Shown here: positions 20,163-30,387 of the stretch, piece after piece
Layout: each line of letters begins with the position of its first letter
How positions within the stretch are numbered: position 1 is the stretch's first letter
Origin: Candidatus Eremiobacteria bacterium
Lineage (GTDB): Bacteria > Vulcanimicrobiota > Vulcanimicrobiia > Vulcanimicrobiales > Vulcanimicrobiaceae
Direction: 5' to 3'
NCBI GenBank assembly: GCA_963737065.1
Contig: CAVTRC010000001.1
Span: 1,600,001 to 1,664,000, forward strand
Length of the DNA stretch: 64,000 nucleotides
Position numbers and translations under genes: made by a program
The notes under the pieces: model-generated
Database searches by the model: none
Told to the model about the DNA's origin: nothing
The model's input: only the letters and a program-made list of their open reading frames with translations

Positions 20163-21227
20163 GTGAAGCTTCCCTATCGGCTCGGTGACTCATTCGCATT
20201 GCCGCTAGGTAACGGCAAATGCGCGCGTGGCTCGATCGTGGCGTGCGAGCATCACGTCGTGGTCGTGCGAGTGCACCTGAACGAAGCGTCGTCGCTCGAC
20301 CTGCGCGTGAGCGATGATGCGCTCGTATTGTATCGGTGGAAAACGGACGGCCGCGGCGATTTGCGCGGTGCGGCGCCGGCCAATCCGCAGAACGAATACT
20401 GGATGCATGCGTCGCGCGCGGAACGCATCGCTGCTGCGGCGCTCGGGGTTGCCCATCCACGCGAACGGACGGTCAGAGTGCGCGAAATTCGCGACGGTAA
20501 CGCCGCCGCGGCACTTGCCGAACTCGATGACGATTGCACGCTCAGCTTAACGCAACGTGTATCGCACGCGACGATCGAACGCATACGCGCGGCGATCTTC
20601 GAGCATCCGGGTGTAACCGTTCGTTTCAACGGCAACGCGGCGCGGCACATCGCGCAATTCGCGCAAACGCCCTTGACGCGCGTTTCGCTCGCGGGCCGGC
20701 TCGAGCAGAATGCAAAGATTCTCTCGCTACGGCACCTCGATCTTGCGCAGGGCGATGGAATTGGTGACGTTGCTCGCAACTTTCCCAACGCCGAATCGCT
20801 TCGTATTGCGGGCGGCGATTGCCCGATTCGTTTGCGCGATCTGCGCGCCCTCGATAAACTTCGCGTGCTCGATCTATCCTTTCTCCACGTGACGCACGCC
20901 GGCGAATTTAATGCGCTGTCGCAACTCACGGCGCTCCGGCTGAACCGCGTAACCGGGATTCGCACGATGGAGCCGGTCGCCGAGCTGCCGCTACGCACGA
21001 TCGCGATTGCCGATCTGCCCGAACTCCAGCGGCTCGATGCTCTCGCGCGCGTCGAATCGCTCGAGCAACTCGAGGTGCGCGGGCTGTGGCAGTTCGAGAT
21101 AGCGGATCTTCAATGGACCTTGGATCGCGACCGGCTCGTGCGCGCGGAAATCGACATCGGAGGGCGGCGCAAGAATATCGAGTTGTATAGGCGATCGCAC
21201 TGGGCGTATCCGTGGAGGTTTCACTAG
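20163..21227 (+). CDS. Leucine-rich-repeat protein with Imm26-like N-terminus
   Basis: Repeated LxxLxL units (LRHLDL, LRVLDL, LTALRL, LEQLEV); N-terminal GDSFALPLGNG. Confidence 0.7.
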   Translation: MKLPYRLGDSFALPLGNGKCARGSIVACEHHVVVVRVHLNEASSLDLRVSDDALVLYRWKTDGRGDLRGAAPANPQNEYWMHASRAERIAAAALGVAHPRERTVRVREIRDGNAAAALAELDDDCTLSLTQRVSHATIERIRAAIFEHPGVTVRFNGNAARHIAQFAQTPLTRVSLAGRLEQNAKILSLRHLDLAQGDGIGDVARNFPNAESLRIAGGDCPIRLRDLRALDKLRVLDLSFLHVTHAGEFNALSQLTALRLNRVTGIRTMEPVAELPLRTIAIADLPELQRLDALARVESLEQLEVRGLWQFEIADLQWTLDRDRLVRAEIDIGGRRKNIELYRRSHWAYPWRFH

Positions 21228-21849
21228 CCTTTCTTGGTGAATTGCGCCGCTTCCACGAAGCGGTCGATTTCGTCGGTAGCATGCGGATCGGGATTGACGC
21301 ACACGAGACGCTGCATGTAGCGTCCTCGGGTTTTGCTTCACGCCGGGCAACGGCCGCGCGACCAGACGCAGTTCCGAGAACGGTGGTTGCACGCCGGCGC
21401 GCGAATGCAACACGCGATCGCTGATCAAACGCAGTCCGCCGGTGCCCACGTCAACCGCGACGCCTTCGAACGTTCCGGGCGTTGCGCCGATGCTGTATGT
21501 CACCGGAATGTTGACCTCTCGCCGGGCTGCGTTGAGTCAACGCCCGCTGCTCTTCGTGAATGAACCGCGCGAGTTCGTCGCGCGTCGTCTCCGGGAGAGC
21601 GTCGAATTCGACCGCGTAGCGGAAGGTTCGGTCGCCGGCGGGTGCCATGCCCGCGCGCGGAAGATCGAACTCGACGGCGATGTGCGGATCGAGCATCGTG
21701 CGCGCCTAAATTCGGCAGCCGCTCGCCGAGATGTCGACGAGCGTCGAAGGGATTGAAATTCTAACGCCCGGCACCCGTGCGTCGATGAGGAGGTACATCG
21801 GTTGGCGATAGAACGACCGCCCGTTCGAGGATGCCGGATCGACCGACAT
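21224..21849 (-). pseudogene. Disrupted tandem PilZ-domain gene
   Basis: AGGAGG RBS and ATG at 21849; RSFYR and DISASG motifs; in-frame TAG at 21708-21706; second PilZ-like unit (RREVNIPVTY...DVGTGG) in a shifted frame. Confidence 0.72.
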
Positions 21850-22021
21850 AGGAAGGCCCTCCTGCTACAAAGCCCTAGCTTCCTTTGACCGAGCCGCGAC
21901 AATACCCCGCAGGTCCGGGGCCGGACGGCCAGGAAGAGCGGGGGCGTTTAAAAGGTTTTTTCGAGGGAGCGCTCCCGCCCGGGTCAAACCGCGGTGAGCC
22001 CCCTAGAGTTTTGAGGAAAAT

Positions 22022-24856
22022 TTGGCATCCGAGATTTTGATCTCGAGCGACCCGTGGGAGAACCGGGTTGCCGTACTTGAGGACGGCATACTCGCCGAAC
22101 TCTACATCGAGCGCGAAGAGAAAGTTATCGGCTCGATCTACAAAGGGAAAGTACAAAACGTGTTGCCCGGCATGGGCGCCGCGTTCGTCGACATCGGTTT
22201 AGGACGTAACGCGTTTCTGTACGTCGACGACATCAACAAGCAACCGCTGAATATCGGCGACGTTGAAATCACGCACGGGCACTCCGGCTTCACGATCAAT
22301 GAAAAAGTGAAAAAGGGTGACGACGTACTCGTGCAGATCGTCAAAGAGCCGCGCGGTCTCAAAGGCGCGCGGATTTCGACGAATATTTCACTGCCGGGTC
22401 GTTATTTGATCTTAATGCCGACCGGCAAATATTCCGGTGTGTCGCGCAAAATCGACTCGGCGGAAGAACGCAACCGGCTCAAGGCCGTCATGAAGCGCAT
22501 TCGCCCGGAAGGAATGGCGACCGTCGTACGCACCGCGGCGGCCGGCGTCAGCGAGGCGGAGCTGATTGCCGATCTCGGCGTGCTCATCCGCATGTGGCAC
22601 GGAATCCTCGAAACGTTCAAACGCGCGGCCTCACCATCCCTCTTGCATCGCGACATGAACCTCGTGTACAAAGCTGCACGCGACTTCATCACCGCCGACG
22701 TCGATAAAGTGTTGATCGACGACGAAGAAGAGTACCGCAAAGTTCGCGAGTTCCTTCAACTGCTCGGACCGCAGTATCTCGATCGCGTTCAGCACTACAA
22801 TCACGGGCGTAGTCTCTTCGACGATTACAAGATCACCGAAGAACTGCAGCGCCTGATGAAGCCGAAGATCAATCTGCCGTCCGGCGGATCGATCGTGATC
22901 GAATCGACCGAAGCGCTCACGGTTATCGACGTAAACTCCGGGAAGTTTACCGGGGGCCGCAATCTCGAAGACACGATCGTGAAAACGAACCTCGAGGCGG
23001 CATACGAGATCGCGCGCCAAGTGCGTTTGCGGGACATCGGCGGCATCATCGTTGTCGACTTTATCGACATGTCGACCGAGGCGTCGCGCAACAGAGTGAT
23101 CAAGGCACTCGAAGACGGGTTGCGCCGCGATCGTACGCGAGCGACGATTCAGTCGTTCTCGAATCTCGGACTTCTCGAGTTTACGCGCAAACGGGTCGGC
23201 AAGGATCTCGGATCGCAATTGCGCGGCACGTGCCCCACGTGCAGCGGCATGGGCAGCGTGATGTCGCCGCAGTCCGTCGCGATCGAAACGCTGCGCCAAG
23301 TGCGCAACGCCGGCGATCACAAGCACGATCACAAGCGGGTCGTTGCCAATGTCGCGCCCTCGGTTGCCGCGCAGATGGAGTTTTGGTACGAGGATGAAGT
23401 GCAAGAGCTGTCGCGCGAAATCGATTCCGCGATCCACGTGCGCGTCGATCCGATGCTGCATCCCGAGAAAGCGAGGATCGAACGCGTCGCAAACGTCGTG
23501 AACGGAGCGATCCGCGTCGGCGACGAGCACGAGGTCGAACTCATTGCCGGTCGTCTTCCGAATGCCGGGTCAGCAGCAGCCGTCGTAAACGGCCACATCG
23601 TCGAAGTTGAAAACGCGGCGAACAACGCGGGGAACACCGCGAAGATTCGCATTCTCGATATCGACGACGACAGCGACTACGTGCTCGCCGAACTCATGAG
23701 CGCCGGAGCGCGCGCCGAGAAGAAGAAACGGCGCCGCGGCGGCAAGGGCAAACGCGGGATGACGGCCGCTGAAGAGGCGCAACAACTGCGCGAGCTCGCG
23801 GAAGAAGCGGCGTCGCAACAACAATCGCGACCGCCGATCGGCATTACGACGGCGAGCGAAGAGGAAGAGGCGCAAGACCGCACGCTTGTCGCTGAAGAGA
23901 AAGGCGAAGCCCAACCGGACGCCATCATCATCGGAGACGAAGAACTCGCTGCGCGCGATGGCGACGGGCAGCGCGGGGGCAAGCGCAAGCGCCGTCGGCG
24001 CCGCCGCGGCGGACGCGGTCGCGGGGGCGAACGTTTTGATGCCGCCATGCAAGTCGGCATTACACCCCAAAGCGCCGCAGCGCAAGCCGAGTCCGAAGGA
24101 GACGAAGAGGACGCAGAGAGCGAGCCGGTCCATCCCGAGCGACCGCATGAAGGCCCGGTACAGGGCGATGAACGGGAAGGCCGCGGGCGCCGTCGCCGCC
24201 GGCGCCGTCGTCGTGGACGCAGTGGTGAAGCGGCGCCGAGCTCCGGCCAACATGACGGCCAGTCGCCACGCGATTTCGAACCGTTGACCGGATCGCTGCC
24301 GATGAATCCATCGGTTCCGGATCGTCACGTGTTTCGCGTCGATGCCGACGGTAAGGCGCACGGCACCGGAATGACGGCACCGAAGGAACCGTCGCGCGCG
24401 ATCGAGCCCGTACGCGACGCGCGTCCTCCCGCCGTTGAACCGCCGCCTCCGCATTTGAAAGCGCCGCACGAAGAGCCGCGTCCAACGAAACCTGCGCGCC
24501 GCCGTCGCAGCGCGGCGCCCGCAAGCGGCGTCGCGGGGAAACTGGAAACCTCACGTATCGCTGCGTTGCCGCCGCCCGCGCAAGCGGTCGAGAAACCGAA
24601 ACGTACGACGCGCAAGAAGCCAACGGAAACCGCTGCCGCTGCAACGGAAGAAAAACCAAAACGCACGCCCAAGAAAACAGCACCGGCGGATCCGGTTCGT
24701 CGTGAGGCGCCACCGAAGACGCCGTCTCCGCCCACGAGACGCGCGCCCGCGAAGAAAGCGCAAACAACCGGAGCTTCGGAGAGCGGCGTGAAGAAGAAAG
24801 CCTCGGCGCGTAAGAAGTCATCCGCCGCATCGACGCGCAAAAAGAAGACGTCGTAG
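22022..24856 (+). CDS. rne: Rne/Rng family ribonuclease with long Arg/Lys/Pro-rich disordered C-terminus
   Basis: S1 domain GSIYKGKV, AAFVDIG, IDVNSG, RLRDIGGIIVVDFIDM, CPTCSG Zn link. Confidence 0.95.
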   Translation: MASEILISSDPWENRVAVLEDGILAELYIEREEKVIGSIYKGKVQNVLPGMGAAFVDIGLGRNAFLYVDDINKQPLNIGDVEITHGHSGFTINEKVKKGDDVLVQIVKEPRGLKGARISTNISLPGRYLILMPTGKYSGVSRKIDSAEERNRLKAVMKRIRPEGMATVVRTAAAGVSEAELIADLGVLIRMWHGILETFKRAASPSLLHRDMNLVYKAARDFITADVDKVLIDDEEEYRKVREFLQLLGPQYLDRVQHYNHGRSLFDDYKITEELQRLMKPKINLPSGGSIVIESTEALTVIDVNSGKFTGGRNLEDTIVKTNLEAAYEIARQVRLRDIGGIIVVDFIDMSTEASRNRVIKALEDGLRRDRTRATIQSFSNLGLLEFTRKRVGKDLGSQLRGTCPTCSGMGSVMSPQSVAIETLRQVRNAGDHKHDHKRVVANVAPSVAAQMEFWYEDEVQELSREIDSAIHVRVDPMLHPEKARIERVANVVNGAIRVGDEHEVELIAGRLPNAGSAAAVVNGHIVEVENAANNAGNTAKIRILDIDDDSDYVLAELMSAGARAEKKKRRRGGKGKRGMTAAEEAQQLRELAEEAASQQQSRPPIGITTASEEEEAQDRTLVAEEKGEAQPDAIIIGDEELAARDGDGQRGGKRKRRRRRRGGRGRGGERFDAAMQVGITPQSAAAQAESEGDEEDAESEPVHPERPHEGPVQGDEREGRGRRRRRRRRRGRSGEAAPSSGQHDGQSPRDFEPLTGSLPMNPSVPDRHVFRVDADGKAHGTGMTAPKEPSRAIEPVRDARPPAVEPPPPHLKAPHEEPRPTKPARRRRSAAPASGVAGKLETSRIAALPPPAQAVEKPKRTTRKKPTETAAAATEEKPKRTPKKTAPADPVRREAPPKTPSPPTRRAPAKKAQTTGASESGVKKKASARKKSSAASTRKKKTS

Positions 24857-25476
24857 TCTTCGTCGACTACGACGGGACGATCACCGATCTCGATACCTTC
24901 GACGTGCTCGTGCGCACCTACGCGGGCGACGGGCTGTGGGAGGAACTCGAAGAGAAGCTCATCGCGCGCGCGATGACGCTTCGTGAAGTGCTTTGCGCGC
25001 AGGCCGCGCACATCGACGTCCCGCTCGATGAAGCCGATGCGCTGCTCGCGTCACGCACGCGGTTCGATCCGTCGTTTGCATCGTTCGTACGATTTTGCGA
25101 ACGGCGCGGTTACGAACTCATCGTGCTCTCCTCGGGCGTGCAACCGTTGATCGACCGCGCCTTCGAACGCAACGGGCTTGCGCGAGTTCGCGTGCTGGCA
25201 AACGACATCGCCGTCTCCGAACGCGGGTGGCGCTTTCGTTTTCGTGACGACTCGGATAACGGCCACGATAAAGCAGCCGCCGTACGTGCGGCAAACGGCG
25301 CCGGCAAGTCCACGATCTACGTGGGCGACGGTCCGTCCGATTTCGAAGCGGCCATTACCGCGCACGAACGGTATGCGAAGGCCGGACGAGGCCTCGAACG
25401 CTACCTAACCGAGCAAGCTATACCTTTCACGCCCTTCACACAATTCGCGGAAATCGAAGCAGCAATCAGCCGATGA
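24829..25476 (+). CDS. HAD-IB phosphatase (MtnX-like); true start unresolved
   Basis: Motif I VFVDYDGTIT at about 24856 lies upstream of the ORF-track start; LSSG, GHDK, YVGDGPSD. Confidence 0.85.
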   Translation: MDAQKEDVVVFVDYDGTITDLDTFDVLVRTYAGDGLWEELEEKLIARAMTLREVLCAQAAHIDVPLDEADALLASRTRFDPSFASFVRFCERRGYELIVLSSGVQPLIDRAFERNGLARVRVLANDIAVSERGWRFRFRDDSDNGHDKAAAVRAANGAGKSTIYVGDGPSDFEAAITAHERYAKAGRGLERYLTEQAIPFTPFTQFAEIEAAISR

Positions 25477-25500
25477 CTCCCTTGGGAGGCTTCATAGCTG

Positions 25501-27534
25501 ATGCGGATTTCGAGCGGGTTTATGATCGCGGCGGTCGCACTCTGTTCGTGCGGGGGCGGCGCTTCGTCGTCGCGGGTAGTTCCGAACGCTCCGGCGGGGA
25601 CGCTCACGCTCCCGGCGTCGAGCGGTATGTGGAGCGCTTCTCTCGGCCCGCGCAGCTCCACGAGCAGCGGCAAGCTCAACGCCATCGCATTCGATCCGCG
25701 CGATTCGTCGACCATCTATGTCGCGGGAGGAATCGGAACCGATGACGGGGTGACGACCGACACGGGCGTCTACAAGACGACCAACGGCGGCGCGTCCTGG
25801 AGCTCCGCGAATTCCGGTCTGCAGGACACGACGGTCAACTGGCTGATCTTCGATGCCACCGGGAGCGCATTGTATGCGGCGACGGAAAGCGGCGGCATCT
25901 TCCGCTCCACCGACGGCGCGCAGAGCTGGCAACAAGTGAGCGGGGCGCCGTCCGTGCGGCAAATCGTCGAAAGCAACGGCACGTTATATGCGGCGTCTGC
26001 GTCCGGTGTGCTCTCATCATCGAACGGATCGACGTGGAACGTGTTCGCGCAAACGGAAGCGGCAGCAAACGCGATCGACGTTTCGGGAAACGACATCTAC
26101 GTTGGCCTCGTCGATGGGTCCGTGCTGCACGTGACCGCTACGTCGCAACAGCGGTTGACCGATTTTCCGGCGCTGGATGCTCCGCCCGAAGTGCACGCGA
26201 TCGCCGTCGATCCCTCGAGCCCGAACTCGATCTACGCGACGATGGACGGCATGGTTACCGGCGTGTATACCGATGCGCTGATGCATTCGAACGACGGCGG
26301 CCGATCGTGGCAAGCAATCGCGATTCCACCGTCACTGCGCGGCGCGCAGGCGATCGCATTCAGCAGGACGGTTGCGCATCGGTTATTCGTCGCCGGAACC
26401 GGGCTTGCATATAGCGATGACGGCCGCACGCTGATCGCCGGCGGCGGATACGATGACGATGCGCGCACGCTGACCGTGCTCGGCGGCGACCGCTTAGCGA
26501 TCGCGTCCGATCAAGGCGTCGCACTGGGGACCTTCAACGGCTCGTTTACGCCGATCACCGCCGGATTGCCGGTCAACATCGTGCGCAGCGTGGCGGCGCA
26601 TGGCAGCACGGTGCTCGTTACGATGCAAGATTTTGCGCCCGCCCGTTCCACCGACGGCGGCGCAACCTGGGCGACGCTATCGGTGAACTCCACGGAGAAC
26701 GGAGACGCGTACATCAACCCCAGTCAGCCGAACCTGTGCTATATCCTCGACAACGGCATCAACGTGTCGAGCGACGGCTGCGCGTCGTTCATGCCGGAAT
26801 CGATCGGCGCGCACATCGCGAGCACGCAGCCGTTTGCGACCGATCCGAAATCCGCGCTCACGTACGTAATTACGGCGAACGGGGCGTATGTAGCGGCCGA
26901 CGGCGCGCATTTTCAGCCGGTGCATTGGAACGCACCGCAGCCGGTCGACGTGGCGATCGATCCGCGCAACGGCAGCAATATCTTCGTCTCGTCGGTGAAC
27001 GGCGGCGTGGCGGTGTGGCATTCGAGCAACGGCGGAAAGAGTTGGACGCGCAGCAATACGTTCGTCCCGCCCGGCCCCTCGTATCCCAATGACGCGCCGG
27101 TCATTGCGGTCGATCCATCGAACGGAACGGTCGTCGCCGTGACGGAAACCGCAGTTTATCGATCGACCGACGGCGGTGCGACGTTCGCCGCCGTGCAGCA
27201 AACGGAAGGGCAACTGCGCGGGCGCGGCTCGATGCATCAAGCGCGACGAATCGATCCCGATTCACGCGAGCGCGAAGCCGAAACGGCCGGATACAACATC
27301 GGCGAACACGCGCAGTTCGTCTCAACGGGATCGGGTGCGATGCTCGTGATCGACAACGAGACGGGAATGTACGGCTCAACCGACGACGGCACGACGCTCC
27401 ACACGCTGCGAGGAAATGCGATTTCCCACACCTTCGAGGGCTTCACCGCCGATGCCAACGGCAATCTCTGCAGCGGCACCGACGGCGAAGGCGTCATCTG
27501 CGCACCGCTGTCGAGCCTAGTCTCGCAGATCTAG
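25501..27534 (+). CDS. Lipoprotein with BNR/Asp-box beta-propeller repeats
   Basis: Lipobox-like LCSC; many S/T-x-D/N-G-G-x-S/T-W repeats. Confidence 0.85.
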   Translation: MRISSGFMIAAVALCSCGGGASSSRVVPNAPAGTLTLPASSGMWSASLGPRSSTSSGKLNAIAFDPRDSSTIYVAGGIGTDDGVTTDTGVYKTTNGGASWSSANSGLQDTTVNWLIFDATGSALYAATESGGIFRSTDGAQSWQQVSGAPSVRQIVESNGTLYAASASGVLSSSNGSTWNVFAQTEAAANAIDVSGNDIYVGLVDGSVLHVTATSQQRLTDFPALDAPPEVHAIAVDPSSPNSIYATMDGMVTGVYTDALMHSNDGGRSWQAIAIPPSLRGAQAIAFSRTVAHRLFVAGTGLAYSDDGRTLIAGGGYDDDARTLTVLGGDRLAIASDQGVALGTFNGSFTPITAGLPVNIVRSVAAHGSTVLVTMQDFAPARSTDGGATWATLSVNSTENGDAYINPSQPNLCYILDNGINVSSDGCASFMPESIGAHIASTQPFATDPKSALTYVITANGAYVAADGAHFQPVHWNAPQPVDVAIDPRNGSNIFVSSVNGGVAVWHSSNGGKSWTRSNTFVPPGPSYPNDAPVIAVDPSNGTVVAVTETAVYRSTDGGATFAAVQQTEGQLRGRGSMHQARRIDPDSREREAETAGYNIGEHAQFVSTGSGAMLVIDNETGMYGSTDDGTTLHTLRGNAISHTFEGFTADANGNLCSGTDGEGVICAPLSSLVSQI

Positions 27535-27567
27535 ACTTCGCCGTCAGCAGCGTTCACGATAGCGCGG

Positions 27568-28932
27568 TTACTGACTAGAGCCGTTACCGTTCATGTCGTT
27601 GAGATGTGCGATGCGGTCGTCGACGTATTGGATCGCGCGCGCGAGCTGCGCGTCTTTGACCGGATCGCCGAAGCGTGGTTTCGCATTCTCTTCCACGACG
27701 ACATCGGGCGTGATGCCGAGATGGTTGATGTCGCGGTTGTGCGGCGTCAGATACCGCGCGGTCGTGATCTTCACGGCCGAACCGTCGCCGAGCGGAAAGA
27801 TCGTTTGCACGACGCCTTTGCCGAAGGTCTTCGTCCCCATGATCGTGCCCACGCCGCTATCCTGGATCGCGCCTGACGTGATCTCCGACGCCGAAGCGGT
27901 GTGCCCGTTCACGAGCACGACAAGCGGAACGGGTGTAATCGCCGTGTCGTTCGCTTCGAGCGTCGTGATGCTCGACGCGCGCGATTCGACCGAAACGATT
28001 GGTCCCGACGAGATGAACTTGGAGCTCACGCCGACCGCCGCTTCCAGATAACCGCCGCCGTTATCGCGCAAATCGAGAATATATGCACGCGCGCCGCGCT
28101 TCTGCAGCCGGTCGAGCGCCGTGTTCAATTCGTCGGCCGTGTCTTTGCCGAACACCGTGAGCGCGACGTACCCGATGTTGCCCGGCAGCATCTTGTCGAA
28201 CACGCTCATCTGATGGATTTCCGCGCGGGTGATCGTGATCGGCGCGAGCGCCTTGCCGCTGCGTTGGATGCCTAGCGTTACCTTCGTGCCTTGTTTGCCG
28301 CGAAGGTGTGCGCTTGCGCGATCGATGCTCCAGCCTTTCGTCGACTGTCCGTCGATTGAAACGATCTGATCGTCCTGCTGAATGCCGGCTTTGTCCGCGG
28401 GGCCGTCCGGAACGACGTTGCTCACCGCAATGTATTTCGAGCTGTCGTCGGCTTGAATCACGATGCCGGTACCGCCGAAGTTTCCGCCGTCGAGGCCACT
28501 GTTCAAGTCGGCGTAATCTTTCGGCGTCAAAAAGACCGTATAGCGATCGTTCACCGATCGCATGATGCCGTCAATCGCCGCATAGCTCAAGTCGCGCGAA
28601 CTAAGCGACGAGCCGGCCTTGTGCTCCGCTTGTTCGACGGCGAGGTCGATCGCGCGAACGTTCGACTGCGCGTTGTCGCTCGCGTGCAGCGCGGGAATCT
28701 TGACGTTTATATGACGAGCTTTGAGCGTCTTGTCCAATTCGTCGTGAACGGAATTCAGGACGTGCTGCGGATCGACGTGCTTATAAAACTCCGTCGTCAA
28801 ATCGCTGTAGCTGATTGCGATGCGATTGGCGTCGCCTGCCGCTAAGTGTGCGGTCTCGGCCGACGCAGCCGGAAGCTGAACGAGTGGTGCGGCAACGAGA
28901 GCCGCCAAGAACAGTGAGGAAAATCGTTTCAT
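27568..28932 (-). CDS. S41 carboxyl-terminal processing protease (CtpA-like)
   Basis: PDZ domain, LDLRDNGGG, TASASEI, TFGKGVVQ. Confidence 0.95.
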   Translation of the reverse strand: MKRFSSLFLAALVAAPLVQLPAASAETAHLAAGDANRIAISYSDLTTEFYKHVDPQHVLNSVHDELDKTLKARHINVKIPALHASDNAQSNVRAIDLAVEQAEHKAGSSLSSRDLSYAAIDGIMRSVNDRYTVFLTPKDYADLNSGLDGGNFGGTGIVIQADDSSKYIAVSNVVPDGPADKAGIQQDDQIVSIDGQSTKGWSIDRASAHLRGKQGTKVTLGIQRSGKALAPITITRAEIHQMSVFDKMLPGNIGYVALTVFGKDTADELNTALDRLQKRGARAYILDLRDNGGGYLEAAVGVSSKFISSGPIVSVESRASSITTLEANDTAITPVPLVVLVNGHTASASEITSGAIQDSGVGTIMGTKTFGKGVVQTIFPLGDGSAVKITTARYLTPHNRDINHLGITPDVVVEENAKPRFGDPVKDAQLARAIQYVDDRIAHLNDMNGNGSSQ

Positions 28933-28938
28933 CCGTCT

Positions 28939-30339
28939 TTACTGTTGGGCGAGTTGTTTGAGGGTCGACTTCGCAACGGAAAGCTGCTTATCGTTCGGAG
29001 TATCGATCAACGCCGGGTCCACCGTCTGGTTGACGACGATGTCCGGCATGATCCCCTTGTGCTGAATATCGCGTCCGAGCGGCGTCACGTACCGTGCCGT
29101 CGTGATCTTCAGCGCACCGGCATCGGGCATCGGATAGATGCTTTGAACGACACCCTTTCCGAACGTCGTCGTGCCGATCAGTTTCGCGAGGTGGTAGTCT
29201 TGCAACGCCCCCGAGGTGATCTCCGATGCGCTTGCCGTGTACTTGTTCACGAGAACGACGACTGGTTGTAAGCCGCCGATCGCCGTTCCCAGCGCATCTT
29301 CTTCCGAGCGATTGCCTTGGCGGTCGATCGTCGCCACGATGGTCCCGTGAGGAATGAAGAAACTGGAGATCTTCACCGCGGCGTCGAGCAGACCGCCGCC
29401 GTTGTTGCGCAGGTCTAAAATATATCCCTTTGCGCCGTGTGCTCGCCCGTCGAGGAGCGCCTTACGGACCTCGTCGGCCGACGTCGTCCCGAAATCGGAT
29501 AGCCGGATGTACTCGTATCCGTTTTCCATTTTTGCGCGCACGGTCGGGACGTGAATCACTTCGCGCGTAATGGAAAATGTGTGCTCGCCCGTCTTGTTGT
29601 ACGGGTGCGTGCGCAGACGCACGATGCTGCCTTCCGGGCCCCGGATGAGCTGCTCGACCTTATCGAGCGTCATGCCGTTGACCGGTTTGTCATTTACCGC
29701 ATCGACGACTTCGCCCGGCTTCATGCCCGCGCGCGCGGCCGGAAGATCTTCGATCGGCTGCACGAGGACTTGTCCATTTTTCAATTGGTAGATGTAGACG
29801 CCGATGCCGCCGAAGTTGCCGCCGCTGAGCGACTCTTGTAATCCTTGAATCTCTTTCGGCGAGAGGTACACCGTGTAGGGGTCGTTGACCGAATCCATCA
29901 CGCCGCGCAGCGCGGTTTCCGTGAGGTCCGTCGATGCGTTCGCTCCCAAGTGCGAGGCGTAGTGTGACTCGGCGTACGAAAGGATCTGCACGACGTTGTC
30001 CGTGTTCGGCAACGAGACGTTGCTGAGGTGTTTCGCCTTCAGGTACTCATCGAGCGCTTTCGCTTCGCCGTGCGCCGGCGTCTGCGGATCGACCGGCTTA
30101 TAGTATGACGTCTCGAGTTTGTTCACCGCGACGTCGAGCAGTTGCGCCTGCGCGTTCGAGTCGCTGAGATATTGGCGCACGTCGCCCGTCGTCGCCACGG
30201 TGAGCGATCCGTCGGAACCTTCGGCCGTGCGCAGCACGTCGGCGCGCGTCAGGGCATATGCGGCACCCGCCGCAGCAATAAGGACAACGACGAGCGCGGC
30301 GAGGAGCGCACGGAATCTACCGGTCATAAGATCGATCAT
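28939..30339 (-). CDS. S41 carboxyl-terminal processing protease (CtpA-like), second copy
   Basis: DPYTVYL, LDLRNNGGG, TASASEI, TFGKGVVQ. Confidence 0.95.
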   Translation of the reverse strand: MIDLMTGRFRALLAALVVVLIAAAGAAYALTRADVLRTAEGSDGSLTVATTGDVRQYLSDSNAQAQLLDVAVNKLETSYYKPVDPQTPAHGEAKALDEYLKAKHLSNVSLPNTDNVVQILSYAESHYASHLGANASTDLTETALRGVMDSVNDPYTVYLSPKEIQGLQESLSGGNFGGIGVYIYQLKNGQVLVQPIEDLPAARAGMKPGEVVDAVNDKPVNGMTLDKVEQLIRGPEGSIVRLRTHPYNKTGEHTFSITREVIHVPTVRAKMENGYEYIRLSDFGTTSADEVRKALLDGRAHGAKGYILDLRNNGGGLLDAAVKISSFFIPHGTIVATIDRQGNRSEEDALGTAIGGLQPVVVLVNKYTASASEITSGALQDYHLAKLIGTTTFGKGVVQSIYPMPDAGALKITTARYVTPLGRDIQHKGIMPDIVVNQTVDPALIDTPNDKQLSVAKSTLKQLAQQ

Positions 30340-30387
30340 ACCCGCTTAGCTTAACGCCTCGTGTGGGCTTGTGCGTTGCGTCTTCAC

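Noticed and set aside
21706..21708. TAG read-through (pyrrolysine or recoding) in the PilZ gene
   Set aside because: Further frameshifts follow, and TAG is an ordinary stop for many genes in this window.
23940..24856. Poly-Arg and Lys/Ala-rich repeats in rne as a separate element
   Set aside because: Typical disordered RNA-binding/scaffold region of RNase E.
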